Shown: positions 52,070 through 64,000 of the stretch, one piece after another
How the letters are laid out: each line of letters starts with the position of its first letter
How positions within the stretch are numbered: the first letter of the stretch is position 1
Source of the DNA: Yuukianura sp. NJ FZ-2021
Lineage: Eukaryota
NCBI GenBank assembly: GCA_046563655.1
Contig: CM102286.1
Span: 15,128,001-15,192,000 of the forward strand
Direction: 5' to 3'
DNA length: 64,000 nt
Made by a program: the position numbers and the translations under genes
Notes under the pieces: generated by a model
Told to the model about the DNA's origin: nothing
What the model saw: the letters and a program-made list of their open reading frames with translations, nothing else
Databases searched by the model: none

Positions 52070-53444
52070 TTATTTGTACGGAAATTCTGGATGATTTTCA
52101 AACCTGTTGACATTTTGAAAAGAAACTGTTTAGAAAAGTTTAAAAACACAAACAATGTTGAACTTACCCTGTGAAGGTGCGCAGGTCAAACATTCTGCCT
52201 TCCTCTCCTTTGTCAATCGATTCCAGTCGTTCAAGCTCTTCCTCCGACAAATCAAAGTCAAGAGACTGAAAAATCATAAAAATCGTATTTTTTTAAAGCA
52301 ACTTTCTAAATAAAGTTTTACAAACTCAGACCTCAAAGTTTTGTTTGATTCTGTTTGGATTGACACTGTTTGGAATGACAATGACCCCCCTCTGCGTGAG
52401 CATGCGTAGAAGGATTTGTGCTTGTAGTTTGTTCTTTGCTTCTGCAATTCCAGTCACTATTGGATCCTCCAAAATCGATGGGATTTCGATTTGGCTACAA
52501 ATCATAGATTTGGCATGCAAGTAAATTAAATGATTTGAATTGGATTTGTTCAAATTACGCTCCAGAATTGAGTAGCATGGATCTGCGTCCTGGACTTCCC
52601 AGCGGTGCATATGCACAGACTCTAATGTTGTTGGCCTCGCAGAAATTGCGGAGATCCTTTTGTTGAAAGTAAGCATTGGCTTCAATCTGGAAAGAAAATT
52701 TTAAAGAAAAAGTACACCAGTTGAAAATAACTGGCAAACGTGTTTATAATGTGAACCTGAATTGTGGATGGTAAAATTGTTCCCGATTTGAGAATTCGCT
52801 CCATTTGACTCTTGTTGAAATTGGAGAGGCCAATGGCCTTGGCTTTTCCTGCTAATTTAACTTGTTCCATGCCCTCCCACACTTCCTCCAGGGAAGTGGA
52901 GGGGTCAATGACAAAGTTTTGAGTGTCAGGGTCAAAGGGGAATGGCTTGGAGTCGTCTCCATTGTAGACACATCCAACTGGGAAGTGGACCAAGTACAGG
53001 TCAACGTAGGTCAACTGCAGAGCAGCCAGAGACAGGTCCAGGAAGTGCTCCACCCGTGATTTCTCCATGCCGATGGGTGGAAGCTAGACAAAAACAAAAA
53101 ACAACGTTCCAAAAAGTTTTGAGCTGAGTCGAAAACAGAATTATTGTGTTCGTGACCTTTGTAACGATGAAGAGTTGTTCCCGGGTGCCCTTGCCGTCCC
53201 TGATCCACTTCCCCAGAACTTCCCCAAGGACGTCTTCGTTTTGGTAGACATAGGCAGTGTCGAACAAACGGTAGCCCTCGTCCAGTGCACTTTCAATGGC
53301 CTCCACCAACACTTCTCTCGGTGTGGGCTGAAACGAAATCAACAAAATACGTTAGTCAACTCATCCTGTCTTTTGATTGGTCCTTACAGTGAGACTCCCA
53401 ATTCCAAGGCCTACTAAAGGCATTCCACTTCCTGAACTTTCCAT
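52070..53444 (-). CDS. Aldo-keto reductase (AKR1-like)
   Basis: MPLVGLG, GYRLFDTAYVYQNE, FIVTKL, YVDLYLVHFP, KAIGLSNFN, AYAPLGSP, IPNSVNPNRIKQN, HPEFPY. The Asp-Tyr-Lys-His tetrad is present. Confidence 0.93.
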
Positions 53445-53819
53445 TTCCAATTTCTCAAAATCCAGTTCAAAATTATTCAAACAATCTGAAAACCCGCTGG
53501 AAAACTGAATGAAATGAAAGACTGAATCCAATTTTCTAAATTAGGTTTAACATAAGAGTGACCAAGTTTAAAAGTTAATGATAGTTTAACGACATGTTTT
53601 CGGGCATTGTCATTCGCATTAGTGTTGAAGTGCTAATGACACTCTCATATGAAAATATGTCACATACAAAATTTCAAAAACGTAATACATTATAAAATTG
53701 GGAAAGCTTTTGCCTTAAAAAATAAACTTTTTTGGTAAGGTTAATTGCTGTTTGGAAAACATGAACTGAATAAAAACTAAAAAAAAAGCGTCATGCAACA
53801 TTGTAGTTGGTTTGACTTC

Positions 53820-53867
53820 GTTGGATGTTGTGAAACCAGTTATGAAACTGGTTTCACAACATCCAAC
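53820..53867. other. Perfect 22-bp inverted repeat (hairpin/cruciform) in the AKR-CYP divergent intergenic region
   Basis: GTTGGATGTTGTGAAACCAGTT-ATGA-AACTGGTTTCACAACATCCAAC. Confidence 0.9.
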
Positions 53868-54237
53868 TCCACTTTAAATACATTTCAAAACTAGAAAGCT
53901 GCAGAAACTATAATTGAGAAATGTTGTTTTTACGCAGTGCTCGTGCAAATTAATTTTGATGATGAAAGAAAGAGTGATTAAAAGACATTGTATATACAAT
54001 GTATTTCATCTATAAAGCAACTCTGTGTATAGTTACCTAGTGGTTACGTCAAGGTCATTAGAAATTCTGGAAATGATCATGGTGAGCAACTTTTTGTGGA
54101 ATTTGCAACCATGTTAATCCAGAATTCAACATTGATTCCTAACTTACACAGCATTCTCCAAAAAATAGTCAGTTCAAACAATTCCAAATTGATGACAAAC
54201 TAAAGAATTTTCAAACTTTGGAAATTCATTGTGTACA

Positions 54238-56327
54238 ATGATTGGTGAATTCCTGGTTGCGTGTGTTGTTCTAATTGCGTTTTCGTTCGTTTGGGTAAAT
54301 GTTGGTCGGAAAAAGGTTCCACCAGGTAAAACGTCAAATACTCAAAATTTGAACGTAAAAAGAACCTAAATTTTTAAAATCCACACTGTGGTTGGCTAAT
54401 TTCAAGGTCCGCTTGTTTTTCCACTGCTTGGAACTTTGCCGCAAATCGCTGCAGCAAGTTCCGTGAGCTACTTGGCCTTGGAAAAACTTTCTCAAAAGTA
54501 TGGGGATTTGATGAGCGTCAAAATGGGATTCGTAGAGGCAGGTAATTTCAAATTCAGAATGTTCAGATTCAAAATTCAAAACATTGAAATATTTCCAGTT
54601 TTAAATGTTTGTGATGAATGGTTTCAGTTGTAATTTCGTCTTATGAAGCTGCCAGAGATTTGCTCACAAGAGAAGACACTGAGGACAAACAGTGCGAAGG
54701 GATTTGGTGGGACCGAAACTTGAAACAAAATATCGGTATGTTTAAAATTTAAAAAAATGAGAAAAACAAATTGTGATGTTACGTTTGTGTGTGGAGGACT
54801 GGGTTTTAGTTCCGGTAGGCCGTGGAGTGTGATGCGTAAGTTTTGTCGTGAGACTCTGCGTCTGTATGGGTTCGGAAGTCGCGAGGCCATGCAGAATCTG
54901 GTCATGGACGAACTCGTGGAACTCGTCAAGTACGTGGACGCAGATCGGAAGTCAAATCCAGAAGGTCGTATCACTTTCAGTGTCAACTACCTCCACAAAA
55001 GTATGACAAATCTGATAGGCAGTATGGTGATGGGGAAACGTTGGGAGTACGATGACCCCGAGTTGGCAGAGTTACTGCGACATGGACACGATTTCATCAA
55101 AAACGGAGTCTTCGGTGCAAGCATCCTCACTGCTTTTCCATTCCTCAAAGACGTTTTTCCAGAAGCACTGGGCTACAACACGCAAATATCCGGCGTCAGA
55201 GGGATCCAGGCTTGTGCTAAGGTAAAAAAAATTTTTTTTAGTTACATTTTTAATTTGTTTTTAAAACTTGAAACCTTTTGTTTGAAATTTAGCGCTTGCT
55301 GGACTTGAGAAGAAAAGAGGACTACAAGCTAAATCCGAGATGCTTTACGGACAGCTTTCTAATAAAAATTGACGAGGAAGCGTCACTGCCAAATTCTCTC
55401 TTTACTGGTTCCGAACTTAAAAATCACTTCTTCTTTTTCAATTGTTGAACGTGTGTATCACTTTGCACTTTTTGTGAATTTTTAGAAGACAACTTTCAAG
55501 TTGTTTTTAGTGACTTGATGCAAGGTGGGACGGACACGAGTGGGAACTATGTCAACTTCGTCATCCTCCTGCTCCTCACACACCCCGACGTCCAGCACAA
55601 TTTGTACCAAGAAATCGTAGAGGTGTGTGGGATCGACAGGGCACCAACTTTGAACGACAAGATCCAGTCAGTCACGTTTACTTTAAGTTCTTGTTCAAAA
55701 TATTGAAAATTTAATTTAAAAATTTACTTTCAGAATGCCCTACACACAAGCTGTTCTTCTGGAATCCCACCGGTGGGCTCGTATTCTTGTTCACGGCTTA
55801 CCTAGGAACATTTCCTGCGATTTTGAGTACAGAGGCTACACTTTCAAAAAGGCAAAAACCTGGCAAAGTTTAAAAAATACAAAATTACTCTACACCGAAA
55901 CTAAAAAATTGTGTTTTTAGAATACAATTTTGATGATGAACACTCACACAATGTTCTTTGATGAAAAGTACTGGAAGGATCCCTACGTCTTCCGTCCAGA
56001 ACGATTCCTGGATGTCACTGGAAATATCATCCACAGCAAAGCAGACAGGATAATTGCATTCGGCGTCGGTAAATTTCTAAAAACTAAAAAATCCATTATA
56101 AATATTTTTTTTAAATATGAGACAAAACTGTTTGTGAATTAGGTCGACGTAACTGCTTCGGTGAAGTTCTTGCCCGTGACAGCAGTTTCCTGTTCGTGAC
56201 AACGCTTTTCCAGAAGTTCCAGTTCAAGTTGCCACCAGGGGAAAATCCAAATATCGAACCGATGCTCGGAATCACCTTAGGTCCATATCAGTATGACGCT
56301 CTAGTAACCCTTAGGAATGCAAATTAA
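54238..56327 (+). CDS. Cytochrome P450, CYP2 clan (CYP15/CYP305-like)
   Basis: N-terminal TM plus PPGP; WSVMRKF (WxxxR); I-helix GGTDTS; ESHR (ExxR); FRPERF; haem motif FGVGRRNCFG. Confidence 0.93.
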
Positions 56328-56653
56328 AAATCAAAAGTTTAGTTAGGCAAGTAAGTCATAATATTTCTCATCTCATCACATTTATCAGAATTTTAGGAAT
56401 CTTCCATCAAAAAATTAAATCATATTTCAAACTCCAACAAACAATTCCTTTTAAATTAAAAAGTCAAATGACGTCACGCTTCAACAATGTTACAAAAAGT
56501 AGTAAACTGTCTATTGAAGTTGAGTAACAATTGAAACTGAAAGTGGAAAAAAAGAAAGTTGGAAACGAAACAATTGGGATTTCTAAACCATAAAACTGGA
56601 ATATTTGGAACTGGAATCAGTTGTACTTTGAATATTAAGGAATAACGACAACC

Positions 56654-59127
56654 ATGTTAAAATTGTTGTTAATTTTGGTTTCTTTGACCTCACCCGCTTT
56701 GACAGAAGATGAAGATGACTCCGAACCTCAACTGACTCTGTACAGAGAAGATGGCGATCGAACGGAAGTGTATGGTCTGGACTGCGGTGCTGGAATGTAC
56801 TTTCCCAAGGACTACACTTTCTCATGCGCATGTGTCACTGGAGTGTAAGCACCTCAAACTGTCACTCCACTCTAAAATAACAAAATACAGTGTTAAAATT
56901 GTATATTTATTTAACAAAATTCAGTTTTTTAAAACTTTACCGCATTTAGTTGGGCCTTCTATGACAAATGGTGCAAAGCCCCCATTTCCATCATGGCTGG
57001 AAACAACCATTGTTTCAACCTACAAAACAAACAGGCAAAATCAAATTTTTCAAAATTAAACAAAAAGTTCAGAATTCGATGAAAATGTAACGTTGAGTTT
57101 TGATTAATAGCTTACGCAAGTCTCACTTCTGTCCTCGACGAATGGAAGTTTGGCATCTACAGTTGTGCGTATGACTGTTGGGATGGAGCAAATGCTGGAA
57201 AAATTTGACAAAACAGCCACTGTCAACTGGAACACGAGCAGTTCTTCATTTGCTGTCGTCGGTGGTAAGTTCCAAACATGAAAAAAAAACAAAGAAACGA
57301 TTAAACGATTAAATACTTGAAACTTAAGTATTTGCAATTAGGATCTGCATGGAACCTGGAAACGGCCCAAGGAAAATCATACTGTCTCTGGCATATGAAT
57401 CCTTACCATGTCTGTTTGTACTCCGCCTTTGATTCCAGAAAAAACATTAGACGAATCGATCCTGGTTGTAGTGCCGGTGCACATCTCGTTATGCCTCAAA
57501 GTTGCTTTCCTTTCCAAACAGAAGGTACATTTGTTAAGGTTTTAGTCAAATCAAATTGTTAAAAATCAAAACTTACCAAAAAATATGAACAGGAAACGGA
57601 GTTTGCGAAGATGCTGGAAATACTGGGCAGCATTCGCAGTTCCTTGGAGACACAGAGTATAAGTTTTCGGAAAAAGCAGGCCAGAGAGGTGGGAGAATCG
57701 CAAGACAAGCCCCACCGGATCCAAATGCAGCTCCTGCAGATCCAAATGCAGCTCCTCCTGCAGATCCAAATGCAGCTGCTCCACCTCCTGCTGATCCAAA
57801 TGCTGCCCCGCCTGGTGGAGCTCCAGCAACATCAGGAAATGGAACCGCCGCAGGGCCAGATCCAAAAGCACAAGCTGCAAACGATGCTGCTGCCACTGAA
57901 GATGAGGACTTTGTAGATCCTGCTCAGAGTGCTGTAAAAAACAATCCCATAATTTTAGATCAATTGAAAAACTATTTAGATGGAAGTATTAATGATGTAA
58001 CTGGGGCCTCACCGTTTACCACGAGCAATCGATTTCCAATCTTTGACCTCCTTGACCTCACTTCTAAAATCATGGCGGTGAGTTTTGAAATTATTCTAAA
58101 AATATGAAGCAAAAGTAAATTGTTAGGCTGGTTCTGTCTTAAATTGCAGAGTACTTGTGCCATCGTTTCAGCGGATCACTTCAAGTTGTCGGTGAACACA
58201 TTCATAAATATCCAAAACCATGCACTCCAAGTGAGGGAGCCTTACATTGCAGAACCAACGTTCCAGCGAATCAAGGAAGCGTTGACTCAATGTCTTCTCG
58301 GAGCGTCTCCCTACAACTTTGTGTTTGACGATCCAGTGACGCCTCCTCCTGCTGATGGAACTCCTAACACAACCACAGCCAAGCCACCAATAGTCTGCGA
58401 AGGAGACATTGTACAACAACGTTTAAAATCTAACGATAACGTTTTAGATTAAAAAGTTAAACTTACATTGATTATGATTTGTTTAGCCACCAAATGCCAC
58501 TCACTCTGTGCTCAGAGATGATGCAGTGATGAATATTTCCATGCCAGTGGCGAATTCCGGAGAAGGATTTGAGCCGATCATTGAAACGACGTGGAAAATG
58601 TTTCTGAATGCCCACAACTACTGCTTCACGAAATTCTCAGAGTACTACAACGACCATCATTCCTTCACGGTAGCCCTCCTCAACTTCTTCACCAACGACA
58701 TCCAGAGCATGTGGTAACATTCTATAAATAAAAAGTACGAAAACGTTACATTTCCCTTGAAAACGTTTCTCTAATGATAAGGTACCCAATAACGAAGAAC
58801 GGAACGTATGAGGAGCCAGCCCCGGGCGGTAAATTGTACGGTGGACTGATCGGAGACCACAGATATCTGATGGGAAATATTGACCTGTGTGTGGCTGCCA
58901 GTAGAATTGGATCTCCTTATCCCTGGCTCATGAGTCGACCACCTAAAGACGAAACGAATAAATGGTAAAAAAGAAGTAAAGTTTAAGCAAAATATTGCAA
59001 TTGATGTTCTTACGATTTGTGCAGGTCAAGACGACGAAGACGTTCAACGATGGTTTCACACGGAGAAGTTTGCCTAACTTCTCCAACGGATATTTACACC
59101 AAAGTTAATAAACCCATCTGTAAATAA
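56654..59127 (+). CDS. Secreted multidomain protein: beta/gamma-crystallin-like N-terminus, ADPNAAP repeat linker, unknown C-terminal domain
   Basis: Signal peptide; SCACVTGVWAFY, SSFAVVGGSAWNL, IRRIDPGC; RIAR|QAPP followed by DPNAA repeats (57715-57810); spliced C-terminal exons ending ...KVNKPICK* at 59127. Confidence 0.6.
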
Positions 59128-59342
59128 AGTCTAGCATATGAACAGATGCAAATAAAAACAACCGACATGGAAGTTTTGACTTTTGCTTCTTATTTCGATT
59201 CAAATCAATTTAGATTATACTGGGAACGGGATTAACAACAGCATTGTTTCAAAACTGGGGTATTAGCGACAGAAATGAGTTGTAACGGTAGTGGCGATTA
59301 TGATCCACGACACGAATTGACTACTTCGATTATTCCATTTAC

Positions 59343-60132
59343 TTAGTGATGATGATCCTCCTTTTTAAAACGGAGCCCACAGTATCCGCAAGAGTGATTT
59401 CCAGGAGCATCCTACGATTAAAACAACACTATCTATAGCCAAGTTAAGATTAATCGGGATTAAAAATTAAAATCATACCAGATTGATATACACTTTGGGA
59501 TGTCCCAATGGGCCTCCTCCTCCGTCACAAGAAACGACACGTTTCTTAGAGTCAGTTGGTGGAACACTGGCTATTAGATTAATAGCAAATCGTTGGTTCA
59601 CTTGCTTTTCTTTATCGGTGAATCGAACGAGGCGATAGTCGTCTTTGTCAAATGTCTGAAAATGAATACATCCAATGTACAGTCGAGTTTCCCTTTTATT
59701 CCATTTGCCAAATACAAAACAAATTGCAATTGGACTACACTGGGGTTAGAAAATTACATGAGTCTGAAGTCAAATTGTCATTGGCAATTCCCCAATTTGC
59801 CATTTGGCGTTTCATTTTGCCAGTTCACCGCCAATGTACGGGTGCGAGTTTTGTACTTCTCAATTGTATTTTGTTTTGTATTTGGCAAATGGAATAAAAG
59901 GGAAACTCGACTGTAGTTGAAAACATAACGATTACCAAATTATAAAGTTCATTTGTACCTGTCCAGTGTGTGTGACCGGATCTTGACCTTCTGCTGGTTC
60001 TGGTGGAAACACTGATGGATCAGCTGACGATGACTTGGACGACACGGAAGTCCCCAATGTCGATAACCTTCGTACTCCGATCGTCCCGAGTAGATGTCTG
60101 GATTTGAGAAAAGCACTTGAACATAGTGACAT
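59343..60132 (-). CDS. NDUFS6: NADH dehydrogenase [ubiquinone] iron-sulfur protein 6
   Basis: Transit peptide, [42 protein letters not shown]. Three exons. Confidence 0.96.
59680..59913. mobile_element. 234-bp MITE, copy 2, in NDUFS6 intron 1
   Basis: TA|CAGTCGAGTTTCCC...GGGAAACTCGACTG|TA; colinear with 51411-51644. Confidence 0.92.
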
Positions 60133-60335
60133 CCTGATCACTGTCCTTAATCGTTCAATTAATCACAAACTAATTACTCACTCCAAATTCATCAACAAAC
60201 AAAACAAGCGTAAATTGAATAGATATTTCCATCCGCGGGAAACCACTTGAAACAGGAGTTTAAAAAATTTTGTGGTTAGAGTGGCAGCTTACTTGCACAA
60301 CATACCCTCTCACCCGATTAATTTAATGCTGAATG

Positions 60336-60851
60336 AAAAGGATTTGATCGAGCTTCCCTTTTATATGAAAGCGAAAGGAGTAAAAAACGAAGGCAGATTT
60401 TACTCTTTTGGAGTTGGGGGTGGTGAAGACAGTGAGGTGGCAATGGGAAAAATACACGTAGGGACCATCCCAACTCCAAACCCCCCCAACATCTTCTCTT
60501 CACAAATTCAAAATGAAACTTTTGACATTTGCTTCAACTTTTCCTAGTCATTTGCTTTGTAATTCAACCGATTACTTAACTAAAAAAAAGTTAATTGAAG
60601 ATGACAATTAAAAATACATAAAGCAGAGACATATGATGTTTGTTTGCATAAGGAAACTGTATCTCCTCTTCCTTCCTTTTTCCCAGAAGAGACAAAAGTG
60701 ATTGAAAAGATTTTGTTGAGCTTCCCTTTTATATGAAGACTGAAGGAGTAAAACGAAGGAAAATTTTACTCTTTTGGAGTTGGATGTTGGGGGAGAGAGT
60801 GGGTGGCAATGGAAAAAATACATGGAGGGACCATCCCAACTCCAAACCCCC
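60336..60851. repeat. Two diverged direct copies (~150 bp) between NDUFS6 and PTGR1
   Basis: gagcttcccttttatatgaa...ttttactcttttggagttgg...gggaccatcccaactccaaaccccc at ~60336-60487 and ~60705-60851. Confidence 0.85.
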
Positions 60852-60952
60852 GAAGATCTTATTCTTGTTTTATTCTTTTCGAAAACTCAAAGATTAATCA
60901 ATCTTGCTAAATTAGTATTTACGTAATTAGCAAAGATTGGTTTTGCTAATAA

Positions 60953-62476
<1,524 letters not shown>

Positions 62477-63078
62477 TGTGCAAATAGGAAAGTGGAAGTG
62501 ACTGTGCTTCACTGGAATCCAAGTGCTCAACTAAAGAGAACAAGAGTTAAGTGCTTTCTAACGACCTTCCAAATTACTTTTCAAACCAGTTCCTAAATTT
62601 CAAAATTTTATTTTTGGAAATTGATGGACTCATGGCTCCTAGCTTTGAAAAGTCCGTTATTTAAAGGAAATTGTTGTGAATAGTTTCATTGTGGAAGCGA
62701 GAGGTCATCTGTTGACCTTTAGAATGAAGATTTGTCAGAATAAGTTGGAGCAGAATCTCCAAAGTTCAAGGACACAGATACAATTGTTTGAAATTCAAAC
62801 ATTTCTAAATGGGGCCATTCAATTCTTACCAAAAGTTAATGTTCTTCCAGGAAACTATTTTGTTGTGAATAAATTATGTAATTGCCATTCATCTTGTAAT
62901 TGAATGAGCTCCTAATGGATTTATAATGAAGATGACTTGTTAATTACAAAGTAGATCATTAGTTAACTACTTCAGTCGTTTGTCCACCATTCAATCACTT
63001 CACTTCCAAAAGACTTCAGACGAATCTAGGAAAAGTGAACAATTCGGAATTATTTTCGCAACTTTCAAAATTTTGGAA

Positions 63079-64000
63079 ATGGAGTCGTGGTTGACTGTGG
63101 GAAGAGACGATGGAGAATGTTGGTGTGCGTTGGGATTGGCGCAGTCGCTTGCTGCCTCCGGAACAACCAAAAATACAACCATCTTTACTGGTCAAAATGT
63201 GTCCAACGAAATGAGGTAAATCCGTGCCATATTTTAGTTAAGATTTAAAATTAAGTTAAATTTTTTACGTTCTTTGTGGTGTTAAGATTCCTGCTGGGTC
63301 ATTTCTTTGACCTTGTGCAGCCACTGCCAGCGGAATTCAAGCTGACCTCTGACCTGGCCACTTTCACCCCTTGGACCAAATGTGTCACGTTGGACGCCAA
63401 TTATATCGTAAACCATTTCAATTTAATTTATAAAAACGAAAATTCAAAACTTACCCGCAGTTTTTTGTTGATTAAAGGCACTGGAAAATGTAGATGAACT
63501 TTTTGAAACTTCCCGATCAAAAGATTCTCCGATCGACGCCTCACGTCAAGTTGAAGTGGTGATTTGGAGTCGAGGCGGTTCACGGACGCTTACAAAGTAA
63601 AAGCAGAAATTAAAATTTTCAATTTTTACTTTTTTTACGAAATAAAAGAAGCGTTACCTTTGTAATTCGCAGAGCAAAAACGAAGAAACTTGTTGAAATG
63701 GATTTGAATTTGCTGGGTTCTCTCTGGACTCCAGTGTTCAACGTTCTGTTTCAAATGGACACCGAAGTTCAAAAGTCACTTTTGAAGTCTTGTCCAATCC
63801 CAGCACCAAGTATTCCTCGGAGCTTTGAAAATACTGGCACAAAGGCGGATTTGTCCGAAGCAATTGCAATTGTAGGGATGAGTTGTCGTTTTCCTGGAGC
63901 AAACACGCTGGACGAATACTGGGACATTCTAAAAAACGGAAAACACACAGTGACTCGATTTCCTGTAGGAAGAGCCACTTTTGACATTCCAGGTTAAAAT
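63079..64000 (+). CDS. 5' end of a type I polyketide/fatty-acid synthase with an N-terminal glycogenin/GT8-like domain (3'-truncated by the window)
   Basis: Exons 63079-63215, 63287-63407, 63478-63596, 63673-63992 join in frame. The glycogenin-like part (WLT..DD....ALGLAQSL..SGT, TKCVTLDAN, ENVDELFE) is followed by the KS start EAIAIVGMSCRFPGANTLDEYWDILKNG. Confidence 0.8.

Noticed and set aside
57715..57810. ADPNAAPP repeats as horizontal transfer from mycobacterial Apa or Plasmodium CSP
   Set aside because: Low-complexity similarity only; the gene has host-type introns and unrelated flanking domains.
57566..57916. Gln/Leu-rich and Gly/Ala-rich ORFs (QIQMQLL, GSAGGAAF) as separate genes
   Set aside because: They are alternative frames of the DPNAA repeat exon of the secreted protein.
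63698..63997. KS ORF as bacterial contamination
   Set aside because: It is bounded by spliceosomal acceptor and donor sites and is continuous with intron-containing host sequence.

Overview
This is gene-dense, AT-rich eukaryotic DNA with short introns (mostly 55-90 nt). The gene content and TCAGT-type initiators indicate an arthropod; a springtail-like hexapod is my inference and cannot be proven from the window. I can reconstruct about 20 spliced protein genes by eye. In order: the 3' end of a small multi-TM protein; a divergent GluCl-like Cys-loop channel; two tandem ELOVL elongases; a visual-type arrestin; two secreted dienelactone-hydrolase-like paralogues; an unknown protein; an NKAPD1-like RS-rich protein; an SLC22 transporter; a prominin-like gene; a shortened ribophorin II; RALGAPB; a 94-aa Cys-rich micro-exon gene missing from the ORF track; an ESCO/Eco1 acetyltransferase; an aldo-keto reductase; a CYP2-clan P450; a secreted crystallin-like repeat protein; NDUFS6; PTGR1; and, at the right edge, the 5' end of a gene fusing a degenerate glycogenin/GT8-like domain in frame to a type I PKS/FAS ketosynthase. 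Repeats include a ~4.2 kb composite minisatellite block and several DNA transposons/MITEs with readable TIRs and target-site duplications (TA, TGA in CTNAG, TTA, 8 bp). The most notable signal is the GT8-PKS fusion, which lies head-to-head with PTGR1 and near a head-to-head AKR/P450 pair: a candidate animal polyketide/lipid biosynthetic neighbourhood. All exon structures and family calls come from manual reading and motif recognition, not database searches.
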